This document shows positions 23,354 to 32,417 of a DNA stretch of 58,250 bases, piece by piece. Source of the DNA: an uncultured Rubrivirga sp. Lineage in GTDB: Bacteria > Actinomycetota > Actinomycetes > S36-B12. Within the stretch, counting starts at the first letter, position 1; each line of letters opens with the position of its first letter. The notes beneath the pieces were generated by a model. The model saw only the letters and a program-made list of their open reading frames with translations. It had not been told where the DNA came from and searched no databases. Location of the stretch: positions 11,192 to 69,441 of the forward strand of contig CAZJYN010000003.1 of assembly GCA_964550285.1 (NCBI GenBank), read 5' to 3'. The position numbers were made by a program, and so were the translations under genes.

Positions 23354-24765
23354 TTGAGCACTTGGCCCTCGGGGGTGTCGGTCACCGTGTAGCCGAGGCT
23401 GGAGAGTTCATCTCGGATGCGGTCGCTGGTCGCGAAGTCTTTAGCCGCCCGGGCCGCGGCCCGCTCGTCGAGCAGGGATTGCAGGTCAGCGGATATTTCG
23501 GTGGGCGCTGGCACCTGGCCGACGGTGCGGGCCAAGTCGAGTCCGAGGAAGCGATCCGCCCAGGCGAAGAACTCGAACTTTGATCCGTCGGGAACCTGTG
23601 GATCCTTCTCCAGGGTGCGTAGCAAGGTGAGCGCGCGAGGGGTGTCCAGATCTGCATCGAGCGCGGCCAGGAATTGCTCGCGGTAGTCCTCGGGTAGGGC
23701 AGCCGATGGCAACGTCGCCCACTGGGCGACCTTGCCGCGCCAGCGATCGAGGGTCTTGTGCGCACCTTCGATCACCTGCCAGGTGAGGTTCATCTGCTGG
23801 CGGTAGCGATGCTGCAAGAAAGCCAGACGCAACGCCAGCGGGTCCAGTCCGCGCTCGGTGACGTCGCCAACGAGGACCACGTTCCCGGCGGACTTGCTCA
23901 TCTTGCGACCGTCGAACAACAAGTGTTCTGCGTGAACCCAATGCTTGACCACCTCGGTGCCCGTCGCGCTGTTGCTTTGCGCCCGTTCGTCCTCGTGGTG
24001 CGGGAACCGTAGGTCGATACCGCCGGTATGGATGTCGATGGAGGACCCGAGCAGTTCCAAGGACATCGCGCTGCATTCGGTGTGCCAGCCCGGAAAGCCC
24101 ACGCCCCAAGGGGTGTCCCACACCAGTTGTGTGCGGGTCTTGGGTGCCCGCTTCCACAGCGCCCAGTCCGCGTGGAACCGCTTCGCCGGATCTGCGCCAG
24201 CATCGAACTTATGCCCGGGTCGAAGGTCCTCCAGCCGGTTACCGCTGATGGCTCCGTATCCCGGGAAGGAGCGGGCATCGAAGAACACCGATCCGTCGTT
24301 TCCTACGTAGGCGTTGCCCCGCGCGAGCAGTGACTCGATCAACTCGAGCATCTGCGGGATCGACTCGCTGGCCCGCGGGTAGTGGTCCGCCGGGTGCACG
24401 TTGAGTGCGGCTAGATCCTCGTGGAAGGCCGCCTCGTACTTCCGCGCGATGGCCAAGGCGCCGCTGCCTTCGCTCGCTGCTTGGCGCAGCACCCGATCCT
24501 CGCCGTCGCCTTGCCCCTCGTCCACGCCACCGAGTCCGGTGTCGTCGGCCATGTGGCCGACGTCGGTGATGTTTTGCACGACCGTCGTTTCCCAGCCGTG
24601 CAGCGCAGCCAACCGGCTGATCAGATCGGTGAGCAAGAAGGTGCGCATGTTGCCTACGTGGGCGTCGCGATAGACGGTGGGTCCGCAGGCGTAGATGGTC
24701 AGTCGTCGCGGGGTGTGGGGCACGATGGCCTGCAACTCACGGGCTCGGGTGTCATACAGGCGCAC
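23350..24765 (-). CDS. cysS: Cysteine--tRNA ligase
   Basis: YACGPTVY..AHVGN, GFPGWHTECSAM, DIHTGGIDLRFPHHE, KMSKS, C-terminal RAAARAAKDFATSDRIRDEL. Confidence 0.9.
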   Translation of the reverse strand: MRLYDTRARELQAIVPHTPRRLTIYACGPTVYRDAHVGNMRTFLLTDLISRLAALHGWETTVVQNITDVGHMADDTGLGGVDEGQGDGEDRVLRQAASEGSGALAIARKYEAAFHEDLAALNVHPADHYPRASESIPQMLELIESLLARGNAYVGNDGSVFFDARSFPGYGAISGNRLEDLRPGHKFDAGADPAKRFHADWALWKRAPKTRTQLVWDTPWGVGFPGWHTECSAMSLELLGSSIDIHTGGIDLRFPHHEDERAQSNSATGTEVVKHWVHAEHLLFDGRKMSKSAGNVVLVGDVTERGLDPLALRLAFLQHRYRQQMNLTWQVIEGAHKTLDRWRGKVAQWATLPSAALPEDYREQFLAALDADLDTPRALTLLRTLEKDPQVPDGSKFEFFAWADRFLGLDLARTVGQVPAPTEISADLQSLLDERAAARAAKDFATSDRIRDELSSLGYTVTDTPEGQVLN

Positions 24766-24914
24766 GTCGTAAGCCTAGGTCGCTGGTGAATGGTGACGAG
24801 TCCGCATAGGGGGACACCCGCTGCCGTGGTCGGTCGACGAGCGGGGTCTTGTGTAGCGTTGGGGCCTAGCGCGTGGGAGGCCCACGCATCGAGAGCAGAT
24901 AGCGGAGGCTCGAG

Positions 24915-25238
24915 GTGACCTACGTCATCGCTTTTCCTTGTGTCGACCTCAAGGACAGGTCCTGTATCGAGGAGTGCCCGGTCGATTGCATCTACGAGGG
25001 CGATCGGATGCTCTACATCCAGCCCGACGAATGCGTCGACTGCGGAGCTTGCGAGCCGGTCTGCCCGGTCGAAGCGATCTTCTACGAGGACGACGTACCC
25101 GACGAGTGGTCGGACTACACCGCGGCCAACGCCGAGTTCTTCGCGGACCTCGGATCCCCCGGTGGTGCCAGCAAGCTCGGCGCGCAGACTTTCGATGCGC
25201 CCTTGCTTGCCAACGTTCCGCCCAAAGAAGACGCCTAG
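24915..25238 (+). CDS. fdxA: Ferredoxin (7Fe type)
   Basis: CVDLKDRSCIEECPVDC and CVDCGACEPVCP motifs. Confidence 0.95.
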   Translation: MTYVIAFPCVDLKDRSCIEECPVDCIYEGDRMLYIQPDECVDCGACEPVCPVEAIFYEDDVPDEWSDYTAANAEFFADLGSPGGASKLGAQTFDAPLLANVPPKEDA

Positions 25239-25253
25239 TTCGGCGGTGACCGG

Positions 25254-26330
25254 ATGATCCGGTTGCCGGAGTTCCCCTGGGACAGCCTCGCCGAGGTCAA
25301 GAAGCAGGCGGCAACCCACGCCGATGGGATCGTGGACCTGTCCGTGGGTACCCCCGTGGATGCCACACCCGATGTCGTCCAGGGCGCGCTAGCTGCGCAC
25401 GCGAACGCTCCCGGTTACCCGACCACGGCTGGCTTGCCGGATCTATCGCGCTCGATCCGCGACTGGCTATCGCGCCGCACCGATGTCGATGCGAGCGTCG
25501 GCGTACTACCGACCATCGGATCCAAGGAAATGGTCGCGTGGCTACCGAGTGGACTGGGGTTAGGCGCGCAGGACACCGTGGTCATCCCGGCGATCGGCTA
25601 CCCGACCTACGAGATCGGCGCCATCGTGGCTGGCGCGAAAGTCGTGGCGACCGATGAGATCGAGTCGGTAGCGAGCCCGTCGCTGGTGTGGCTGAACACA
25701 CCGAGCAATCCGACCGGCGCGGTGCTGGATGTGGACCGGATGGCAGCCATCGTGCAGTGGGCCCAGGGTCGTGGCGTTCCGGTCGTGAGCGATGAGTGCT
25801 ACTTCGAGTTGGGGTGGGAAGCCCAGCCGGTGTCGATCCTCGATCCCCGGGTGAACGGCGGGAACCTGCACGGTTTGCTGGCCGTGCACTCGCTGTCGAA
25901 GCGGTCCTCGATGGCCGGGTACCGATTCGGTTTCGTTGCTGGGGATCCGGACCTGACCGAAGGGTTGCTCGCGGTTCGCAAGCACCTGGGAATGATGGTG
26001 CCCACGCCTGTACAGCACGCCGCGATCGCCGCCTACGACGACGATTCCGAGGTTGCACTGCAACGCGAGCGTTACCTTGGCCGCCGGGACGTGCTCGCGG
26101 CGGCGTTGCGCGCGTCCGGTTTTCGCATCGACCACAGTGAAGCCGGCCTATATCTGTGGGTGACGCACGATGGCGATCTCGGCGATGCGTGGGACAGCAC
26201 TCGTTGGTTCGCCGAACACGGAATCTTGGTGGCGCCCGGGACGTTCTACGGAGATGACGCGCACGTGCGAATCGCGTTAACGGCAACGAACGAGCGGGTG
26301 GCTGCCGCTGCTGCGCGTTTGACCCCGTGA
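25254..26330 (+). CDS. dapC: Succinyldiaminopimelate transaminase
   Basis: LSVGTPVD, NAPGYP, SDECY, HSLSKRS PLP-binding Lys; follows fdxA. Confidence 0.9.
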   Translation: MIRLPEFPWDSLAEVKKQAATHADGIVDLSVGTPVDATPDVVQGALAAHANAPGYPTTAGLPDLSRSIRDWLSRRTDVDASVGVLPTIGSKEMVAWLPSGLGLGAQDTVVIPAIGYPTYEIGAIVAGAKVVATDEIESVASPSLVWLNTPSNPTGAVLDVDRMAAIVQWAQGRGVPVVSDECYFELGWEAQPVSILDPRVNGGNLHGLLAVHSLSKRSSMAGYRFGFVAGDPDLTEGLLAVRKHLGMMVPTPVQHAAIAAYDDDSEVALQRERYLGRRDVLAAALRASGFRIDHSEAGLYLWVTHDGDLGDAWDSTRWFAEHGILVAPGTFYGDDAHVRIALTATNERVAAAAARLTP

Positions 26331-26408
26331 GTCTTATCACAGCAATCAGTTCGCATCCCCGATCCATCGACTCGTTACCGCTGGGTAGTCTGCGCGTGGG
26401 AGGTGCGC

Positions 26409-27692
26409 GTGTCCGACTATTCGCTCGATCATCCAGGTGGGCAATTGCCCCTATCGACCGTTCCGGCTACCGAAGGTGAGTCGGGTCTGGACATCTCCTC
26501 GCTGTTGAAGGAGACCGGTCACGTCACCTTGGATCATGGCTTCGTCAATACCGCATCGTGCTCCTCGGCGATCACCTACATCGATGGCGATGCCGGCATC
26601 CTGCGCTACCGCGGGTACCCGATCGAGCAACTCGCGGAACACTCGAACTTCCTAGAGACGTCGTACCTGCTCATCTACGGCGAATTGCCGACCGCTAGCG
26701 AGCTCGAGGAGTTCACCGCAGCGATCACCAAGCACACGATGCTGCACGAGGATCTGCGCCGTTTCTTCGATGGCTTCCCACGCGATGCGCACCCGATGGC
26801 GGTGCTGTCGTCGGCGGTCTCAGCGCTGTCGACCTTCTACCAGGACTCCCTGGATCCGTTCGATCAGCAGCAAGTACACATCTCCACGATCCGGTTGATG
26901 GCGAAGTTGCCGACGATTGCGGCGTACGCCTACAAGAAGTCGGTCGGCCAGCCGTTCTTGTACCCGGATAACTCCTACAGCTTCGAGGACAACTTCCTTC
27001 GCATGACCTTCGGTGTCCCAGCCGAGTCCTACGAGGCGAACCCGGTCGTCTCGCGGGCCCTGGATCAATTGCTGATCTTGCATGCTGATCACGAGCAGAA
27101 CTGTTCGACTTCCACAGTCCGCCTCGTCGGCTCCTCGCATGCGAACCTGTTCGCTTCGGTGTCTGCCGGCGTCAACGCACTGTTCGGTCCGTTGCACGGT
27201 GGTGCGAACCAGGCCGTGCTGGAGATGCTGGAGAACATCCACGCCTCCGGTGGTGGCGTGAATCGCTTCATTCGCTCGGTCAAGGAGCGTGAGGCCGGAG
27301 TCAAGCTCATGGGCTTCGGCCACCGCGTGTACAAGAACTACGATCCCCGCGCCGCGGTCGTGAAGAAGACCGCCTATGAGGTCTTCGAGCAGATGAGCGT
27401 CGATGATCCGCTACTGGACATCGCCTTGCGGCTAGAGGAAGTGGCGCTGGCCGATGAGTTCTTCATCGAGCGCCGGCTGTACCCGAACGTGGACTTCTAC
27501 ACCGGTTTGATCTACAAGGCGATGGGCTTTCCGACCCGGATGTTCACCGTGCTGTTCGCACTCGGCCGGTTGCCGGGCTGGATCGCACAGTGGCGGGAGA
27601 TGATCGAGGACCCGACCACCAAGATCGGTCGCCCCCGACAGGTCTACACCGGTGCAGTCCTGCGCGACTACCCCCCCATCCCCACCCGCTAA
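26409..27692 (+). CDS. gltA: Citrate synthase
   Basis: [48 protein letters not shown]; SD GGGAGG. Confidence 0.97.
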   Translation: MSDYSLDHPGGQLPLSTVPATEGESGLDISSLLKETGHVTLDHGFVNTASCSSAITYIDGDAGILRYRGYPIEQLAEHSNFLETSYLLIYGELPTASELEEFTAAITKHTMLHEDLRRFFDGFPRDAHPMAVLSSAVSALSTFYQDSLDPFDQQQVHISTIRLMAKLPTIAAYAYKKSVGQPFLYPDNSYSFEDNFLRMTFGVPAESYEANPVVSRALDQLLILHADHEQNCSTSTVRLVGSSHANLFASVSAGVNALFGPLHGGANQAVLEMLENIHASGGGVNRFIRSVKEREAGVKLMGFGHRVYKNYDPRAAVVKKTAYEVFEQMSVDDPLLDIALRLEEVALADEFFIERRLYPNVDFYTGLIYKAMGFPTRMFTVLFALGRLPGWIAQWREMIEDPTTKIGRPRQVYTGAVLRDYPPIPTR

Positions 27693-28060
27693 CCCCACCC
27701 CCCCCCTACGCGAATCCCCCGGATTCCGGGGGATTCGCTTCGCTTCCCCCGGAATCCCTCCGCGTTTGTGCGTTTTCCCCAGCACGCCTGCATTCATGCG
27801 TGGCTTGCGCGTAGCCACTGTCTTTCGCGGATTCTCTTCGACCCGTAGGTGCAGATCGGTGAACCCTGGGTGAGTACGGAAGGCAAGTCGTCGGGTCGGT
27901 ATCGGACGCGGTTCGACCGTTCGGAGGGCGTCGTCGCCCGAGTTGCTGCTGTTGGCCGCTATCGAAACGACTATGGGGTGGGGGAAACGCGCAGATTCGG
28001 GGCGAATCCGGGGGAAGCGAAGCGAATCCCCCGGATTCCGGGGGAAACGGGCAGGGGTTA
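27690..28060. repeat. Inverted-repeat element (MITE/REP-like) with a GC hairpin in each arm
   Basis: 27715-27756 is the reverse complement of 28004-28045 at 40/42 nt; perfect 14-bp-arm palindrome at 27710-27738; outer ends TAACCCC...GGGGTTA. Confidence 0.8.
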
Positions 28061-29014
28061 GTGGGGGGTGTGGAGGTCGGGGTTCAGGCCACCCCAGCTT
28101 CCCGTGCGCTGGACGGCTTCTAGCGCACCGGATTGCGAATTGCGACGAAAGAGCAAATTGGGCTGCCCCGACAACTCCCGCGCCTTCGCGACCGCGCCAT
28201 CGGGCAAGGTCACCTTCGACCCGGCCGTGATGTAGCAGCCGGCCTCGACGATGCATTCATCACCGAGCGAGATCCCAACACCGGCGTTCGCCCCGATCAG
28301 GCAGCCCGCGCCGATACTGATGACCTCCTTGCCGCCGCCGGAGAGTGTTCCCATGATCGAGGCTCCACCGCCGATATCCGAGCCATCGCCGACGACGACG
28401 CCAGCGCTGATTCGACCCTCGACCATTGACGTGCCGAGTGTCCCGGCGTTGAAGTTGACGAACCCTTCATGCATGACGACGGTGCCGCTGGCCAGGTGGG
28501 CGCCGAGGCGGACCCGATCGGCGTCGGCGATGCGCACGCCCTCGGGCACTACGTAGTCCACCATCCGCGGGAAACGATCCACTCCGAAGACCGTTACGTG
28601 GATGCCCTTGGCTCGAGCCCGCATCTGCACCGAGGTCAACCGATCGGTGGGTACCGGACCGAGGTTCGTCCAGGCGACGAGCGGCAACTTGGCGAAGATC
28701 CCGTCGAGGTTGATGGTGCGCGGACGCACGAGCCGGTGCGAGAGCAAGTGCAAGCGAAGGTAGGCGTCGGCGGTGTCGCTCGGTGGTGCGGCGAGATCCT
28801 CGATGACGGTGCGCAGCGTCACGACTTTCGTTCCCCGCAGTTCGTCGCCCTTGATGCCGGCATCCAAGTTGGCGACATCCGCGGGCTGTGCCCCGAGCAC
28901 AGGTTCCGGGTACCACACATCGACGACGGCATCCCCGTCCATGGTGGCGATGCCTAGTGCCGCGGCCGGGCCGCTGACGGGGGACAGGTGCTCGGTGTTC
29001 GTATTCGCGCTCAC
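28058..29014 (-). CDS. dapD: Tetrahydrodipicolinate N-succinyltransferase
   Basis: [43 protein letters not shown] hexapeptide repeats. Confidence 0.95.
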   Translation of the reverse strand: MSANTNTEHLSPVSGPAAALGIATMDGDAVVDVWYPEPVLGAQPADVANLDAGIKGDELRGTKVVTLRTVIEDLAAPPSDTADAYLRLHLLSHRLVRPRTINLDGIFAKLPLVAWTNLGPVPTDRLTSVQMRARAKGIHVTVFGVDRFPRMVDYVVPEGVRIADADRVRLGAHLASGTVVMHEGFVNFNAGTLGTSMVEGRISAGVVVGDGSDIGGGASIMGTLSGGGKEVISIGAGCLIGANAGVGISLGDECIVEAGCYITAGSKVTLPDGAVAKARELSGQPNLLFRRNSQSGALEAVQRTGSWGGLNPDLHTPH

Positions 29015-29031
29015 GCGGCTACCGTATCCGC
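29015..29031. promoter_or_regulatory. Symmetric bidirectional promoter, overlapping -10 hexamers, two leaderless starts
   Basis: GCGGCTACCGTATCCGC: TACCGT-N6-GTG (dapE, +) and TACGGT-N6-GTG (dapD, -). Confidence 0.65.
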
Positions 29032-30096
29032 GTGGGCTCCGCACTGGACTTAACGGCCGATGTCGTCGAGGTCACCGCCGCGCTCGTGGACATGCCGAGT
29101 GAATCGCACCACGAGGGTCAGATCGCCGATGCCGTGCAGTCCGCGCTCGCGACCTGCCCGCATTTGAGCATCGAACGATCGGGGAACGCGATCATCGCCG
29201 AAACCCGCGGTCGGCCGATCGATGTGATCATCGCCGGTCACCTAGACACGGTTCCGGCGGCCGGCAATCTGCCGCACCGCATCGACGATGAACGCCTCTA
29301 CGGGTTGGGCTCATGCGACATGAAAGGTGGAGTGGCGATCGCGCTGAAACTCGCGCATGACGTCACCGAGCCGCGGCATGGAGTCCGGTACGTCTTCTAT
29401 GACTGCGAGGAGGTGGCGGCCGTCCACAACGGACTAGCCCGCCTCGCCCAGCAGGACCCGGAACTGCTGGCGGCCGAACTCGCAATCGTCATGGAACCGA
29501 GCAACGGGGTGATCGAAGGCGGCTGCCAAGGCACCATCCGCGCTGAGATTCGCACAGCGGGAAAGCGAGCCCACAGCGCGAGGGCATGGCAGGGCAGCAA
29601 CGCGATCCACGCAGCGCAGGAGATCCTGACTCGCCTCGATGCGTACTCACCCCGTGAACCGGAGGTGGACGGCCTTCGCTACCGAGAAGGCTTGAATGCC
29701 GTTGGCATCACCGGGGGTGTGGCTGGCAACGTCATTCCCGACGAATGCATCGTCACCGTGAACTACCGATTCGCACCGGATACCTCGGTTCCGGAGGCGA
29801 TCGCCCACCTGAAGGATGTCTTCGCTGGCTTCGATGTAACGATCGTCGATGAGGCCCCCGGGGCACGCCCTGGGCTGCTCGAGCCGAAGGTCGCTGCCTT
29901 CGTCGAAGCGATGGGTGGTCAAGTCGAGCCGAAGTTCGGCTGGACAGATGTTGCCAGGTTCTCGAGTGCTGGGACACCGGCGGTGAATTTCGGACCTGGT
30001 GATCCGACGGTTGCGCACACGATCGACGAGTCGGTGTCGATTGCCGAAGTCCGCGCCGTATCCGAAGCGATGGCGCGTTGGCTCGGTGGTCGATGA
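29032..30096 (+). CDS. dapE: Succinyl-diaminopimelate desuccinylase
   Basis: [43 protein letters not shown]. Confidence 0.94.
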   Translation: MGSALDLTADVVEVTAALVDMPSESHHEGQIADAVQSALATCPHLSIERSGNAIIAETRGRPIDVIIAGHLDTVPAAGNLPHRIDDERLYGLGSCDMKGGVAIALKLAHDVTEPRHGVRYVFYDCEEVAAVHNGLARLAQQDPELLAAELAIVMEPSNGVIEGGCQGTIRAEIRTAGKRAHSARAWQGSNAIHAAQEILTRLDAYSPREPEVDGLRYREGLNAVGITGGVAGNVIPDECIVTVNYRFAPDTSVPEAIAHLKDVFAGFDVTIVDEAPGARPGLLEPKVAAFVEAMGGQVEPKFGWTDVARFSSAGTPAVNFGPGDPTVAHTIDESVSIAEVRAVSEAMARWLGGR

Positions 30097-30647
30097 CCCA
30101 CACGGTCTGCGTGTTTTGTTCTTCGAGCAATTCCATCGATAGTCGTTATCTCGAATTGGCGCGTGAGTTCGGTGGACACTTCGGTCCGCGCGGGTGGACG
30201 CTGGTCTCCGGCGGCGGATCGGTATCGATGATGGGCGAACTCGCCCGATCGGTCCGGGCGAGCGGTGGACACACGATCGGAGTCATCCCGCAGGCGTTGA
30301 AAGACCTCGAGGTGGCCGATTTGGAGGCCGACGAACTCGTCGTCACCCACGACATGCGCCAGCGCAAGGGGGTGATGGACGAACGATCCGATGCGTTCGT
30401 CGCGCTGCCCGGAGGCATTGGCACTCTCGAGGAACTGATGGAGGCCTGGACGTCGCGATCGCTGGCCATGCACGACAAGCCCGTGGTGGTGCTGGATCCA
30501 TGGGATGACTACGGCCTGCTTCGCCGACAAGTAGATGCGTGGGTGGATCGAGGATTCGTTTCGAAAACCAGCTTGCAGCGAGTGCATTGGGTGCAAGACC
30601 CCGCGCAGGTGCTGACCACGCTCGAAGCGGAGCTCGCCGGTTCGTGA
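30093..30647 (+). CDS. LOG family (TIGR00730-type) nucleotide phosphoribohydrolase
   Basis: VCVFCSSS, VSGGG, RQRK, PGGIGTLEE. Confidence 0.92.
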   Translation: MTHTVCVFCSSSNSIDSRYLELAREFGGHFGPRGWTLVSGGGSVSMMGELARSVRASGGHTIGVIPQALKDLEVADLEADELVVTHDMRQRKGVMDERSDAFVALPGGIGTLEELMEAWTSRSLAMHDKPVVVLDPWDDYGLLRRQVDAWVDRGFVSKTSLQRVHWVQDPAQVLTTLEAELAGS

Positions 30648-30659
30648 TGGAATGACCGC

Positions 30660-30896
30660 GTGACATTGGTCTTCATCGCCATTGGAGTGCTGGTCATCGC
30701 GGGTGCCTTCTGGTACGCCGCCGGCCGCATCGATCCCGTGCTGCCGGAGGATTCGGCGGATCTGCGTCCGGATCGGCGCGACGGGGAACCGGCCTTCGAC
30801 GTCGTCGTTCGTGGTTACCGCATGGATGAGGTGGACGCCACCATCTCGGACCTGCAAGCCGAGATAGCCGAACTCAAGGGCAAGACGCAGCGGTGA
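30660..30896 (+). CDS. Small membrane-anchored DivIVA-domain protein
   Basis: N-terminal TM helix, FDVVVRGYRMDEVD, short coiled coil. Confidence 0.85.
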   Translation: MTLVFIAIGVLVIAGAFWYAAGRIDPVLPEDSADLRPDRRDGEPAFDVVVRGYRMDEVDATISDLQAEIAELKGKTQR

Positions 30897-31366
30897 CAGC
30901 GCCTGAACGCGAACTCGTCCACCTCTCCACGGATGTGGTCGTCAATGCCCCGGTGGAAGCCGTCTTCGCGGCGTTCACCCAATGGGCTGCGCAGGGCGAG
31001 TGGATGCTCGGCACGCGGGTGGAGGTGATGGTCGGTGATGGCACGAGCACCGATTCCAGGCTCGCCGCGTGGACGGGCGTGGGACCGATCGGTTTCCGGG
31101 ACACCATGACCATCACCCGCTGGGAGCCGCCTTACCGTGTGGATGTCCTGCACACCGGCGGCCTCGTGCGCGGACCGGGAAGTATGGAAGTTCTCGCGCT
31201 TCCCGATGGACGCTCGCGCTTCGTGTGGAGCGAGGACTTGGACTTGCCCCTCGGATTGCTCGGGCGCATCGGCTGGCCGCTGGTCAAACCTGCGTTCGTC
31301 GCCGGGGTCAGGAGATCCTTGCGTTCCTTCGCCCGATTGGTTGAGACGGGCACCCTGCCGCGCTAA
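30893..31366 (+). CDS. SRPBCC family protein
   Basis: VNAPVEAVFAAFTQW, ITRWEPPYRVDVLH, C-terminal helix. Confidence 0.82.
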   Translation: MTAPERELVHLSTDVVVNAPVEAVFAAFTQWAAQGEWMLGTRVEVMVGDGTSTDSRLAAWTGVGPIGFRDTMTITRWEPPYRVDVLHTGGLVRGPGSMEVLALPDGRSRFVWSEDLDLPLGLLGRIGWPLVKPAFVAGVRRSLRSFARLVETGTLPR

Positions 31367-31390
31367 CCCTTCGGTCACCCGGGATAATGG

Positions 31391-31399
31391 TTATCCACA
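31391..31399 (+). promoter_or_regulatory. Perfect DnaA box
   Basis: TTATCCACA, 2 nt downstream of a GATAAT -10-like hexamer upstream of DUF3117. Confidence 0.55.
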
Positions 31400-31478
31400 A
31401 GCCCGCGCACAAGCGCCGGCTGGGCTTTCCCGGGGCGCTTGCCAGGCACTTCGGGAAGATGAACGGAAGGGGACTCCT

Positions 31479-31646
31479 ATGGCCGCGATGAAGCCGCGGA
31501 CGGGCGATGGCCCGCTCGAGGTGACCAAGGAGGGTCGGGGCTATGTGATGCGGGTGCCCCTCGAAGGCGGGGGTCGACTCGTCGTCGAGTTGAACGCCGA
31601 GGAGGTCAAGAACCTAGGCGAAGCCCTCACCGGAGCCCTCCCGTAG
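31479..31646 (+). CDS. DUF3117 small protein
   Basis: MAAMKPRTGDGPLEVTKEGRG..MRVPLEGGGRLVVEL, a highly conserved actinobacterial peptide. Confidence 0.93.
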   Translation: MAAMKPRTGDGPLEVTKEGRGYVMRVPLEGGGRLVVELNAEEVKNLGEALTGALP

Positions 31647-31665
31647 CAGGCCGCAGACCGACTCA

Positions 31666-32316
31666 CTAATCGCGTCGGGTCAAGCACCCAACGAGCATCC
31701 CGGATCCTTCCACCAAACAGGCGGACACCCAGGTGTCCTCGCTGCGCAATGACTCGGCCGCGGACTTGACGGCCGAAGCCTCCGCGTCCCGCCGAGCCGG
31801 ATCGGCGATGACGCCGTCGGTTCCCACACCGATCAACACGATCGAGCCCCCGATCCGCAAAAGTCGGCGCGCCTGCTCGAGGATCGCCGGGTATTCGCCC
31901 CGGTCGGCGTCGGCGACCACCATGTCGTACGCGCCGTCGGACATGCGCGGCAGCACATCCAAGGCCCGGCCGGCGATGAAGCGCACCCGCGAAGGTTCGT
32001 GCCCCAGACCCGCGAAGGCCTCGCGGGCGTAGCGCTGGTACTCCGCCTCTAGATCGATGGTGGTCAACGTGCCACCTGGGGTCATGCCGGCCAGCAGGGC
32101 CGCCCCGGAGACGCCCGTGCCGGTGCCGATTTCGACGACGGCCTGGGCCTGGACGGACGAGGCGAGGAAGGTGAGGATCGCGGTCGCGGACGGGGACAGC
32201 GGCACCAGCCCCGATTCCTCCGCGCGGCGGCGTGCCTCGTGGATGGCGTCGGGCTCCACGGGCCAGGTATCGGCGAATGCCGCCATAGCCGATAGCGATG
32301 ATTCGGATGATTCGAT
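31666..32316 (-). CDS. O-methyltransferase (class I SAM-dependent)
   Basis: VVEIGTGTGVSG, TTIDLE, GRALDVLPR, YDMVVAD. Start is ATC 32316 (SD AGGAGG) or ATG 32286. Confidence 0.9.
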   Translation of the reverse strand: MESSESSLSAMAAFADTWPVEPDAIHEARRRAEESGLVPLSPSATAILTFLASSVQAQAVVEIGTGTGVSGAALLAGMTPGGTLTTIDLEAEYQRYAREAFAGLGHEPSRVRFIAGRALDVLPRMSDGAYDMVVADADRGEYPAILEQARRLLRIGGSIVLIGVGTDGVIADPARRDAEASAVKSAAESLRSEDTWVSACLVEGSGMLVGCLTRRD

Positions 32317-32417
32317 GGCGCACCTCCTGCTTTAGGACCGCCGATATGACCAACGGGCGATCGCAGCCTAGCCTTAGGTGTGAACGCTTCGAAGCGAATG
32401 GGAAGGCGGCAACGACC

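Noticed and set aside
23350-24765. mshC, given proximity to mshB
   Set aside because: The CGPTVY motif and C-terminal anticodon-binding domain fit CysRS, not MshC (CGITPY, no anticodon domain).
27432-28256. 274-aa minus-strand ORF, and shorter ORFs, across the repeat element as a possible transposase or nuclease
   Set aside because: No recognisable domain in any frame of the core; it overlaps gltA and dapD and is low-complexity.
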